A stretch of 37,728 nt of DNA, filler included, from an uncultured Planctomycetaceae bacterium (GTDB taxonomy: Bacteria; Planctomycetota; Planctomycetia; Planctomycetales; Planctomycetaceae), in assembly GCA_963976765.1 (NCBI GenBank). It is 15 parts of 15 records of this genome, joined end to end, with 100 filler letters (N's around TTAATTAATTAA, not from the genome) between each part and the next. Parts side by side here need not be neighbours in the genome. Positions count along the whole stretch, not along the records: positions 29,462 to 31,091 come from CAXBME010000090.1; positions 31,192 to 32,812 come from CAXBME010000091.1; positions 32,913 to 34,518 come from CAXBME010000092.1; positions 34,619 to 36,123 come from CAXBME010000094.1; positions 36,224 to 37,728 come from CAXBME010000095.1; 10 more parts are not named here. The stretch is one strand, 5' to 3'. A program made the translations under genes and the position numbers. Positions 29,462 to 37,728 of this stretch are shown piece after piece. Each line of letters starts with the position of its first letter. The stretch's first letter is position 1. Under the pieces are notes generated by a model. That model saw nothing but the letters and a program-made list of their open reading frames with translations, was not told the DNA's origin and did not search any database.

Positions 29462-31021
29462 GTAACCGTTCACGGTCGATGGCCGCGAGCGAGTTGATTG
29501 ACGGGTTTTTTCGGTCGCCGATTGCTATCGGTGGATTCGTCGCCGGCGGGTAAAATGCGTCCATCATGGATGACGTTGCAAAACAGGACTGCGAAGGATG
29601 CGCGAAGCTGGCGGCGAAGGTCGCTCAGTTGGAGAAGCAAGTTGCCGAGTTGCTCGACAAGCTCGCCGCTCTGCAGAAGAACTCCGCGACGTCGTCCAAA
29701 CCACCCTCAAGCGACATCACCAACCCGCCGCCAAAACGCAAGAAGCCCGGGCGACCCAGAAAACGTAAAATCGGCGGACAGCCTGGGCACAAACGGCACG
29801 AGCGGAAATCGTTTCTCGACGAGCAAGTCGACTTCATCCTCGAACATCGTTACGACGGCTGCCCGTGTTGTGGTGGAAAGCTTTTGGATGAAGGCACCGA
29901 GCCGAAGAAGCACCAAAGTTTTGAGCTGATCGACAATCCGATCGAAGTGACCGAACACCATCGCGTCGGCCAAATCTGCGTCGACTGCGGCAAGACGCAC
30001 CATTGCCCGCTTCCCGAGGATATTCGCCGGGCCGGACTGGTCGGACCCAAAATGACGGCCTTGATCGGCTGGCTCAAAGGCGTCTGCCACATGTCCATCG
30101 GGAAGATCAAGAAGTACTGCCGGGATGTCGTCGGCGTGGACCTCAGCCGCGGCCTGATCCAAAAGTTGGTCGGCAAAGTCAGCCAGAGTATCGCCGATCC
30201 GTATCAAGAGTTGCTCGATGCGATCTCGCAGCAAAGCCACCTGAACGTGGACGAGACCGGGCACAAGGATAGCGGCAAAAAACTCTGGACATGGTGTTTT
30301 CGGGCCTATCTGTTTACCGTCTTCAAGATCTCTCCGAGTCGAGGCAGCGGAGTTTTGATCGAGACGCTTGGAGCTGAATTCGACGGCACGATCGGCTGCG
30401 ACTACTTTTCGGCCTACCACAAGTTCATGCGGCTCGACGAGAACGTCAAGCTGCAGTTTTGCATCGCCCATTTGATTCGTGATATCAAGTTCCTTTGTGG
30501 TCATCCCGAAGAGGCCAATCAGGTCTACGGGGCGAGGCTGCGGGAGCATTTCCGAAAGTTGTTCAAAACCATCGCCCGTCGTGATGAGTTCGCCAGTGAG
30601 GAGACGTTTCGCAGGTCGCTGGAGCGAATTCGCGACGACATCGTTTGGGATGCGACCGTCGAGCAACCCGAGACGCAGCACGCGGCCAACATGGCCGAAC
30701 GTTTCTACGGTCATTTTCAGGACTACTTTCGTTTCATTACGGATCCGAAGATCGGTCCGACGAACAACTTGGCTGAACAGGCGATTCGCTTCGTCGCGAT
30801 TCATCGCCGAATGACCCAGGGCACCCGAGGCGAGACGGGTCAGCATTGGTTCGAGCGAATCTGCAGCGTGGTGGTGACGTGTGAGCAACAAAGCCGTAGC
30901 GTTTTGGGATTTTTGACCGAGGCAGTCGAGTCGTTCCTCAGCGAGCAACCTTCGCCTAGCCTGCTGCCGGCGACCTGCGATAGTTCGTAACCGTTCGAGG
31001 GCGAAGCCCGTGAACGGTTAC
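29462..31021 (+). mobile_element. IS66-family element, single-ORF (ISBst12-like) organisation
   Basis: Perfect 14-bp IRs GTAACCGTTCACGG (29462) and CCGTGAACGGTTAC (31008-31021). Confidence 0.9.
29566..30990 (+). CDS. IS66 DDE transposase (TnpC-like)
   Basis: Coiled coil, NSATSSKPPSSD, GGQPGH, CPCCG/CVDCG, VDETG, CDYFSAY, QFCIAHLIRD, PTNNLAEQAIR. Confidence 0.93.
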   Translation: MDDVAKQDCEGCAKLAAKVAQLEKQVAELLDKLAALQKNSATSSKPPSSDITNPPPKRKKPGRPRKRKIGGQPGHKRHERKSFLDEQVDFILEHRYDGCPCCGGKLLDEGTEPKKHQSFELIDNPIEVTEHHRVGQICVDCGKTHHCPLPEDIRRAGLVGPKMTALIGWLKGVCHMSIGKIKKYCRDVVGVDLSRGLIQKLVGKVSQSIADPYQELLDAISQQSHLNVDETGHKDSGKKLWTWCFRAYLFTVFKISPSRGSGVLIETLGAEFDGTIGCDYFSAYHKFMRLDENVKLQFCIAHLIRDIKFLCGHPEEANQVYGARLREHFRKLFKTIARRDEFASEETFRRSLERIRDDIVWDATVEQPETQHAANMAERFYGHFQDYFRFITDPKIGPTNNLAEQAIRFVAIHRRMTQGTRGETGQHWFERICSVVVTCEQQSRSVLGFLTEAVESFLSEQPSPSLLPATCDSS

Positions 31022-31191
31022 AACCCAGGCCACCTCACGGCCCGCTTCGGGCCGGGGAGGGTTACGCGCTGGTTCCGATGCTCGACCCTCCNNNNNNNNN
31101 NNNNNNNNNNNNNNNNNNNNNNNNNNNNNNNNNNNTTAATTAATTAANNNNNNNNNNNNNNNNNNNNNNNNNNNNNNNNNNNNNNNNNNNN

Positions 31192-31307
31192 CTCCGATCC
31201 CTCAGATGCGCCCGCCTCCGCCACAGATGCCTCCGCCACAGATGCCCATGGGACCAAATGTGCAGGGCATGAATCGCGGCGGCATCATGTCTCTGAGGCA
31301 TATGTAG
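31192..31307 (+). CDS. 3' end of a phage gene (Pro/Gln/Met-rich, ends MNRGGIMSLRHM)
   Basis: Open frame from contig start to TAG abutting the portal ATG. Confidence 0.5.
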
Positions 31308-32812
31308 ATGGCCCGCAACCCCCTCCCTCGCAGCAACTTCGGCACGGCCTCTCTTGTGGACCGCCGCAATTCCTTGCCGGAAGTGGAATTAGAGGAGGGC
31401 CTTTCGGCTGATGTGGACATTCAGGATGAATCTATAATTCAAGCGCCGGGCATGGACATAGAGTTGGAAGAGGACGGAGGCGTCGTCATAAACTTTGACC
31501 CTTCCGACCTTCCTTCCGTCTCGTCGGACTTTTATTCCAATATTGCAGAGGACCTAAGTGACCGGGCCGCTTCTCGGATCTCGTCTGATCTTATTGAGCA
31601 GTACGAGTCCAACAAGCTGGGTCGCAAGGACTGGGAAGAGGCGTACACCACCGGTCTGGAGCTTCTTGGTTTCCGTTACGAGGACCGGGCGCAACCCTTC
31701 CGGGGAGCCACGGGTGTGACGCATCCACTGCTCGCAGAGGCCGTAACGCAGTTTCAGGCGCAGGCTTTTTCGGAGCTTCTGCCTTCGGGAGGGCCTGTCC
31801 GTACTCAGGTCATGGGCAAGCCGACCCCGGAAGTTGAGGAGCAGTCCGAGCGCGTTCGGGAGTACATGAATTATCAAATCACGTGTGTGATGAAAGAGTA
31901 CACGCCTGAGTTTGACCAGATGTTGTTCTACCTTCCGCTGTCCGGTTCGACCTTTAAGAAGGTGTACTACGACGAATTTCTAGACAGGGCCGTGAGCCGG
32001 TTTGTTCCTGCCGAACAGTTGATCGTTCCGTATACTGCAACCGACTTGGATACTGCGGAGAACGTCACCCACGTTCTTCAGATAACCGAGAACGAGCTTC
32101 GGAAGAAGCAACTTGCGGGCTTCTACAGTGACATCAAGGTGACGGCATCGCAGTCTGATCCTGGCAGTGTCAAGGACGAGATGGACGAGATATCCGGCAT
32201 TGAGCCGACGTATCTCGATACCGACGTGACTCTCCTGGAGTGCCACGTAAACCTGGACATAGAGGGCTTCGAGGATGTAGACGAAGACAACGAGCCGACA
32301 GGAGTTAAGCTCCCGTACATTGTCACAGTCTCCGAGGAAAGCGGGAAGTTACTGAGCGTTCGTCGCAACTACGACGAAGACGATCCGACCCGCAAGAAGA
32401 AGCAGTACTTCGTACACTTTAAATTCCTTCCGGGCTTTGGGTTCTACGGCCTTGGTTTGATACACATGATTGGGGGCCTGAGCCGTACGGCCACCGCGGC
32501 CCTGCGACAGTTAATAGATGCAGGGACCCTGGCCAATCTTCCTGCGGGCTTCAAGGCCCGTGGCCTTCGTGTGCGGAATGACGATGAGCCGCTTTCACCG
32601 GGCGAGTTTCGCGACGTAGATGCGCCGGGGGGCGCTATACGTGATTCCTTGATGCTGCTTCCGTACAAGGGTGCCGATCAGACTTTGTTTCAGTTGATGG
32701 GCTTCTGCGTAGAGGCGGGCCAACGCTTCGCGGCGGTGTCGAACCTTCAGGTAGGCGACGGCAATCAGCAGGCTGCGGTCGGGACGACCATTGCAATGCT
32801 GGAGCAGGGCGC
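31308..32812 (+). CDS. Phage portal protein, P22-like (3' truncated)
   Basis: SRxDWE-like GRKDWEEAY, PFRGATGVTHPLLAEAVTQFQAQ, LPLSGSTFKKVYYD, PGFGFYGLGLIHMIG, LRQLIDAGTLANLP. Confidence 0.85.
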
Positions 32813-33135
32813 NNNNNNNNNNNNNNNNNNNNNNNNNNNNNNNNNNNNNNNNNNNNTTAATTAATTAANNNNNNNNNNNNNNNNNNNNNNNNNNNNNNNN
32901 NNNNNNNNNNNNTCGGCCGAATCCGCCAGCAACTCATTGGTCATCGTCGAATCGGAACTGACCAATTCGGCCCAAACCGGCGTCGGTTCTATTTCCGGAT
33001 AGGACGAGCGTGTAACGAGAAGCCATCCAAGTCCGCGCACAGCGGCCGTGTCCAGCTCGAGCCACAACTGCTCGCCGTCACTCGGGTCAGCATGTGGCCT
33101 TGCAATGCTTGGCCGTCCGATGTCACATGCACGGC

Positions 33136-33594
33136 ATGAAGAAGGTTCTTGGAGGAGTTGTTGTGTCTCTTAGTTTGCTCGCTGGTTCTGCATCGGGCCA
33201 GTGCCTCGCGCAGGCGCCGTTTGGTAACGTGCCCGCGATCAGTGACCTAATCGTGCCTTACGCGACCAACGGGTTGTTCACGCCGGGTGCGATCATGAAT
33301 GGGGTTTGCGTGAATGTGAAGTGCCGCATGAGCTTCACCTTTACGGTCAATATCGCTACACCGCCTCCCGGTATTCCGATGCCGTTGGAGATCTGTCTTG
33401 ACCTGCCAGCAGGCCCTGTGTGCTTCCCCGCCGGTTTCTTTCCAACTCCGCCGCTGGCCAATCAAGCAATATTCGGCGCTACGACGATTCGCGTGCCGTG
33501 TGGCCAGACTGAGAACTGGTCGCTTACGCTCTCGCCTCCATTCGGGCCAAAGGTTCCGATTGTCCTTGTGTCATTGACCTGTGGTGGGTGCTAG
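33136..33594 (+). CDS. Secreted Cys/Pro-rich hypothetical protein
   Basis: Signal peptide MKKVLGGVVVSLSLLAGSASG; 8 Cys in the mature part. Confidence 0.65.
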   Translation: MKKVLGGVVVSLSLLAGSASGQCLAQAPFGNVPAISDLIVPYATNGLFTPGAIMNGVCVNVKCRMSFTFTVNIATPPPGIPMPLEICLDLPAGPVCFPAGFFPTPPLANQAIFGATTIRVPCGQTENWSLTLSPPFGPKVPIVLVSLTCGGC

Positions 33595-33597
33595 CCG

Positions 33598-34410
33598 ATG
33601 ACCGCAATGAGGCTAGCAGTCACCGCTGTTGTCGTGGCTCTCGGCATTGCGGGTGCAGTTTGGTGGATTTGCTCCACGCCAGATCCAGTAATGGGACCTC
33701 ATTTTGAGGGCGATGAACACCTGCAGCCTGTTGTCGATGAAGCTCCGGAGAAGGACGTTCCTCGCAAGGCAAGTGCTGAGGTCAATGAGCGGGCGCCGGC
33801 AGGACTTGATGACGTCAGTGTCGCGAGAAATGCCTCTGCACCCGTGCTTACACTGCGTGGAGTGTTGGCTGAGAGCATCACGAAGAACGTTGGGACTCAC
33901 GACGGGCAACACGAAAAACTGTCCGCAACCAACCTCGTCGGCGATCTTCAGTACAATCCCGAGAAGAAGGTCTTATCGCCCCAGCAGTTGACCGAGTTGG
34001 ATCGACTGATCGAGGAGTTTGAGCCCAGACTGACCGAACTGCATCGGCAAGATGGGAACCTCACACGTGAAGCGTTGCTCATCGGTTTGGAGCGAGATCA
34101 GCGTCTGTCGCAAGACTTGAACGAGGGGCTTCAGAGCCAAGATCAAGCGAAAATCAACCGTCATCGCTACCAGCTATCAATGACATCCACGAAGCGCTCG
34201 CTTCAAACGCTGACCCAGCACTTTGGTGAGCCTCTAAGAGATTGGGCTTGGACCCAGGTTTCGACCACAGAGCCTGACGGGGTGCCGCGAGTCTCAGTTG
34301 TCTACTTCCTTCGCGGCGACGCGCCCGGTGTTTTCGCCGCCCGCGAACAGATCACGCAAACTTGGGGTGAGCGGGATAGTCGGATCAGCGACTTCTTTGC
34401 ACGCCAATGA
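33598..34410 (+). CDS. Membrane-anchored hypothetical protein (270 aa)
   Basis: N-terminal transmembrane segment; 3 nt after the previous stop. Confidence 0.65.
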   Translation: MTAMRLAVTAVVVALGIAGAVWWICSTPDPVMGPHFEGDEHLQPVVDEAPEKDVPRKASAEVNERAPAGLDDVSVARNASAPVLTLRGVLAESITKNVGTHDGQHEKLSATNLVGDLQYNPEKKVLSPQQLTELDRLIEEFEPRLTELHRQDGNLTREALLIGLERDQRLSQDLNEGLQSQDQAKINRHRYQLSMTSTKRSLQTLTQHFGEPLRDWAWTQVSTTEPDGVPRVSVVYFLRGDAPGVFAAREQITQTWGERDSRISDFFARQ

Positions 34411-34689
34411 GTGCGGTGTTGTGTTGAGGCCCGTGGTGTCCATAAACTCGATCACGCTTCCGCCCGCAAGAGTTACATCGGCCACACGCATGCCGATGAT
34501 TCGGCCAGATGGCCTCCGNNNNNNNNNNNNNNNNNNNNNNNNNNNNNNNNNNNNNNNNNNNNTTAATTAATTAANNNNNNNNNNNNNNNNNNNNNNNNNN
34601 NNNNNNNNNNNNNNNNNNTGTTCGTCGTCAGGTATTTTGAGACAGAAGGCTGCCTGACTTAGTGAGGGTTTGGCTCATCTGGTTTCAGT

Positions 34690-35670
34690 TTAAGCAGCAG
34701 ACTGTGCGTGCTGCAAGCGCCGTAGTTTCATCGTCTTCCTTTTGATTTTCTCCCTTTCAAGCAGGATGGTTTGGCCCCGCCCGGTGTAGACGTCTGCGGG
34801 CGTGAGATTTTTCAGGCTCTCATGATAGCGCTGATGATTGTAGTAGCCGATGAACGCATCGATCTGCGCTTCGAGGTCACCGGGCAGGAAGTAGTTTTCC
34901 AGCAGGATGCGGTTCTTCAGCGTCTGATGCCAGCGTTCGATCTTGCCCTGGGTTTGTGGATGGTAAGGCGCGCCGCGTGTATGCTTCATACCCTTGTCGG
35001 CAAGATACTCAGCCAGGTCACCGGAGATGTAAGAGGGTCCGTTGTCTGACAGAAGACAGGGTTTGTGAACAACATGGACTTGATCCAACCCGGAGGCTTC
35101 AAGCGCCAGATCGAGCGTGTCCTGAACATCACTTGTGGCCATGCCTGTGCAGAGCTTCCAGGCGATGATGTATCGGGAGAAGTCGTCGAGCACGGTGGAG
35201 AGATAAAACCACCCCCAGCCGATCACCTTCAGATAGGTGAAGTCAGTCTGCCAGAGCTGATTGGGCGCCGTCGTCTTGTCCTTGAACTCACTCGCCGCCT
35301 TCATCACGATAAAGGCCGGGCTGGTGATCAGGTCGTGGGCTTTCAGAAGCCTGTAAACACTGGCCTCCGAGACGAAGTAACGCTTCTCGTCAGTAAACTT
35401 CGTGGCGACTTCTCTGGGCGACAGGTCGGGCTCATCCAGCGCCAGCTCGAGCACCTGCTCGCGCACGTCTTCAGGGATGCGGTTCCACACGCGGGTCGAA
35501 CCGCCCCGAAGATCTTCAAGCGCCGCCTCACCAAATCGTCGATACACATCATACCAGCGATAGAAGGTTGGCCGTGATACGCCAATCTGTTCCAGCGTGC
35601 GTTTGATCGGCTGATGTGAGCCTTCAACGATCCGGATGATTTCGAGCTTCTCGGATGCAGGGTATCTCAT
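34690..35670 (-). CDS. IS3 OrfB (integrase core DDE)
   Basis: WQTDFTY, LDDFSR, SDNG, PQTQGKIERWH, YYNHQRYH. Confidence 0.92.
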   Translation of the reverse strand: MRYPASEKLEIIRIVEGSHQPIKRTLEQIGVSRPTFYRWYDVYRRFGEAALEDLRGGSTRVWNRIPEDVREQVLELALDEPDLSPREVATKFTDEKRYFVSEASVYRLLKAHDLITSPAFIVMKAASEFKDKTTAPNQLWQTDFTYLKVIGWGWFYLSTVLDDFSRYIIAWKLCTGMATSDVQDTLDLALEASGLDQVHVVHKPCLLSDNGPSYISGDLAEYLADKGMKHTRGAPYHPQTQGKIERWHQTLKNRILLENYFLPGDLEAQIDAFIGYYNHQRYHESLKNLTPADVYTGRGQTILLEREKIKRKTMKLRRLQHAQSAA

Positions 35671-36038
35671 TCTTCGTTCCCCCCATCCCCGATCACGCTT
35701 TTTTTAAGCACGCGGTTTTCAAGGGTGAGATCAGCGACCACCTCTTTCAAATCCCGCATCTCGCGCTTCAGCCCCGTCACTTCGCCAGATGTCGCCTGAC
35801 GTTCTGTGTCGCCCGACAGCCGTTTCTTTCCAGCCTCCATGAAGTCCTTCGACCAAGTGTAATACAAGCCCTGAGCGATCCCCTCGCGCCGACAAAGCTC
35901 CGCAATGGAATACTCTCCGCGCAGTCCTTCGAGAACAATCCGGATCTTCTCTTCGGCTGAAAACTTCCGCCGCGTCTGTCGCTTGATCTCTTTGACGTGT
36001 CGTTCTGCCGATCCTTCGACCTTTGATTTCTGCCTCAT
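35667..36038 (-). CDS. IS3 OrfA (HTH)
   Basis: RRKFSAEEKIRIVLEG...AELCRREGI...YYTW; LENRVLKKS. Confidence 0.9.
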   Translation of the reverse strand: MRQKSKVEGSAERHVKEIKRQTRRKFSAEEKIRIVLEGLRGEYSIAELCRREGIAQGLYYTWSKDFMEAGKKRLSGDTERQATSGEVTGLKREMRDLKEVVADLTLENRVLKKSVIGDGGNEE

Positions 36039-36293
36039 CGTCTTTCCTTCCAAGGAAATGATGAGCCACAAACCCTCACTTAGCAATTTAGCCGATCTGT
36101 CTCATGGTCGCTGACGGGGAACANNNNNNNNNNNNNNNNNNNNNNNNNNNNNNNNNNNNNNNNNNNNTTAATTAATTAANNNNNNNNNNNNNNNNNNNNN
36201 NNNNNNNNNNNNNNNNNNNNNNNTGTCCGTCGTCAGGTAATTTGAGACTTCAGGCTGCCTGACTTAAGGAGGGTCTGGCGCATCTGGTTTGAG

Positions 36294-37274
36294 TTAAGCA
36301 GCGGATTGGGCGTGCTGCAAGCGCCGTAGTTTCATCGTCCTCCTTTTGATTTTCTCACGTTCGAGCAGGATGGTCTGGCCGCGGCCCGTATAGACATCTG
36401 CCGGAGTGAGATTGTTCAGGCTCTCGTGATAGCGCTGATGGTTGTAGTAACCGACGAACGCATCGATCTGCGCTTCAAGGTCTCCGGGCAGGAAGTAGTT
36501 TTCCAACAGGATGCGGTTCTTCAGCGTCTGATGCCAGCGCTCGATCTTTCCTTGCGTCTGGGGATGATACGGCGCGCCGCGCGTATGCTGCATGCCTTTG
36601 TCGGCAAGATACTCAGCCAGATCGCCAGAGATGTAAGACGGTCCGTTGTCTGAGAGTAGTCTCGGGCGATGAACCACATTCACTTCATCGAGTCCGGAAG
36701 CTTCAAGCGCCAGGTTCAGCGTGTCCTGCACATCGCTCGCCGCCATGCCCGAGCAGAGCTTCCAGGCGATGATGTAACGGGAGAAGTCGTCCAACACGGT
36801 GGAGAGGTAGAACCATCCCCAGCCGATCACTTTCAGATAGGTGAAGTCGGTCTGCCAGAGCTGGTTGGGCGCGGTGGTTTTCTCCCTGAACTCATCGGCC
36901 GCTTTCATCACGATGAAGGCCGGGCTGGTAATCAGGTCGTGCGCCCTCAAAAGCCTGTAAACACTGGCTTCCGAGACGAAGTAGTGCTTCTCATCGGTGA
37001 ACGTCACCGCCAATTCCCGGGGAGATAGTTCCGGTTGATCCAGGGCCATTTCCAGTACCTGCTGACGCACCTCGTTCGGGATGCGGTTCCAGACCCGGCC
37101 GGAGCCGCTGCGCCGATCCTCAAGCCCGGCTTCACCGAACCGCCGGTAAAGGTCATACCAGCGATAGAAGGTCGGACGTGACACGCCGATCTGTTCCAGT
37201 GTCTTCTTCACCGGCTGGTGTGATTGTTCGACCAGCCGGATGATCTCCAGCTTCTCAGAGGCAGGGTATCTCAT
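36294..37274 (-). CDS. IS3 OrfB (integrase core DDE)
   Basis: 326 aa, same DDE motifs as copy A. Confidence 0.92.
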   Translation of the reverse strand: MRYPASEKLEIIRLVEQSHQPVKKTLEQIGVSRPTFYRWYDLYRRFGEAGLEDRRSGSGRVWNRIPNEVRQQVLEMALDQPELSPRELAVTFTDEKHYFVSEASVYRLLRAHDLITSPAFIVMKAADEFREKTTAPNQLWQTDFTYLKVIGWGWFYLSTVLDDFSRYIIAWKLCSGMAASDVQDTLNLALEASGLDEVNVVHRPRLLSDNGPSYISGDLAEYLADKGMQHTRGAPYHPQTQGKIERWHQTLKNRILLENYFLPGDLEAQIDAFVGYYNHQRYHESLNNLTPADVYTGRGQTILLEREKIKRRTMKLRRLQHAQSAA

Positions 37275-37642
37275 TCGGTATCCTCCCCATCCCCGATCAC
37301 GCTTTTTTTCAGAATGCGGTTTTCCAGCGTCAGGTCGGCCACGACTTCCTTCAGATCCCGCATCTCGCGCTTCAAGCCGCTCACCTCACCGGACGTCGCC
37401 TGGCGCTCGGTATCGCCGGAGAGCCGCCTCTTTCCCGCTTCGAGGAATTCCTTCGACCAGGTGTAATAAAGGCCCTGGGCGATCCCCTCACGCCGACACA
37501 GTTCGGCAATCGAATATTCTCCGCGCAGGCCTTCCAGAACAATGCGGATCTTCTCTTCGGCAGAGAATTTGCGCCGGGTCTTACGGCGTATCTCTTTCAC
37601 ATGTTTTTCGGCCGATCCTTCCGGCCCGGATTTCTGTCTCAT
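37271..37642 (-). CDS. IS3 OrfA (HTH)
   Basis: 123 aa, close homologue of copy A OrfA. Confidence 0.9.
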   Translation of the reverse strand: MRQKSGPEGSAEKHVKEIRRKTRRKFSAEEKIRIVLEGLRGEYSIAELCRREGIAQGLYYTWSKEFLEAGKRRLSGDTERQATSGEVSGLKREMRDLKEVVADLTLENRILKKSVIGDGEDTE

Positions 37643-37728
37643 CTTCGCTCCCTTGGCGGGCTACGATGTGCCAGAAATCCTCCTTAAGCAATTTGGCCGA
37701 TCTGTCTCATGGTCGCTGACGGGGAACA

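Larger units (their letters stand above)
34619..36123 (-). mobile_element. IS3-family element, copy A (1505 bp)
   Basis: TG...CA ends, imperfect IRs TGTTCGTCGTCAG..TGAGACAGA / TGTTCCCCGTCAG..TGAGACAGA; orfA/orfB with A7G at 35698-35705. Confidence 0.92.
36224..37728 (-). mobile_element. IS3-family element, diverged copy B (1505 bp)
   Basis: Same ends, length and A7G site as copy A, with many substitutions. Confidence 0.92.

Noticed and set aside
5441..36223. Recurrent TTAATTAATTAA in N runs as a biological repeat or CRISPR
   Set aside because: Fixed 100-nt artificial spacer; ORFs running into it (poly-X) are artefacts
1..37728. tRNA, rRNA or CRISPR arrays
   Set aside because: None recognised by eye; the periodicity in RTX genes is coding repeat

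Overview
The window is not one locus. It is 15 short contigs, sorted by decreasing length and joined by artificial 100-nt spacers (44 N + TTAATTAATTAA + 44 N), probably the small-contig tail of a draft genome or MAG. Most contigs look planctomycete-like; a gammaproteobacterial purC-bamC contig, a phage portal contig and two IS3-type elements look foreign. Contig 1 (1-5440) is the highlight: a co-oriented cluster of a Ycf46/CDC48-like AAA+ ATPase, four uncharacterised proteins, a ubiquitin-like protein with a masked C-terminal Gly, an E2-like protein fused to a 10x CxxC array, a JAB/JAMM peptidase and a ThiF/E1 enzyme, i.e. a candidate bacterial ubiquitin-like conjugation system linked to an unfoldase. 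Other contigs carry: a type I R-M locus with two extra nucleases and an hsdS cut by a mobile-element end that also terminates two other contigs; a decayed IS plus an EEP nuclease; a GH16 multidomain protein ending at an att-like palindrome; two RTX/Ca-binding giant-protein fragments; an Frpo-like folded promoter upstream of an HsdM-like protein lacking the catalytic motif; a decayed Hint-AHH toxin with ankyrin-SUFU immunity; a complete group II intron; a single-ORF IS66; and an orphan secreted gene pair. Family calls come from motif recognition only; no searches were run.
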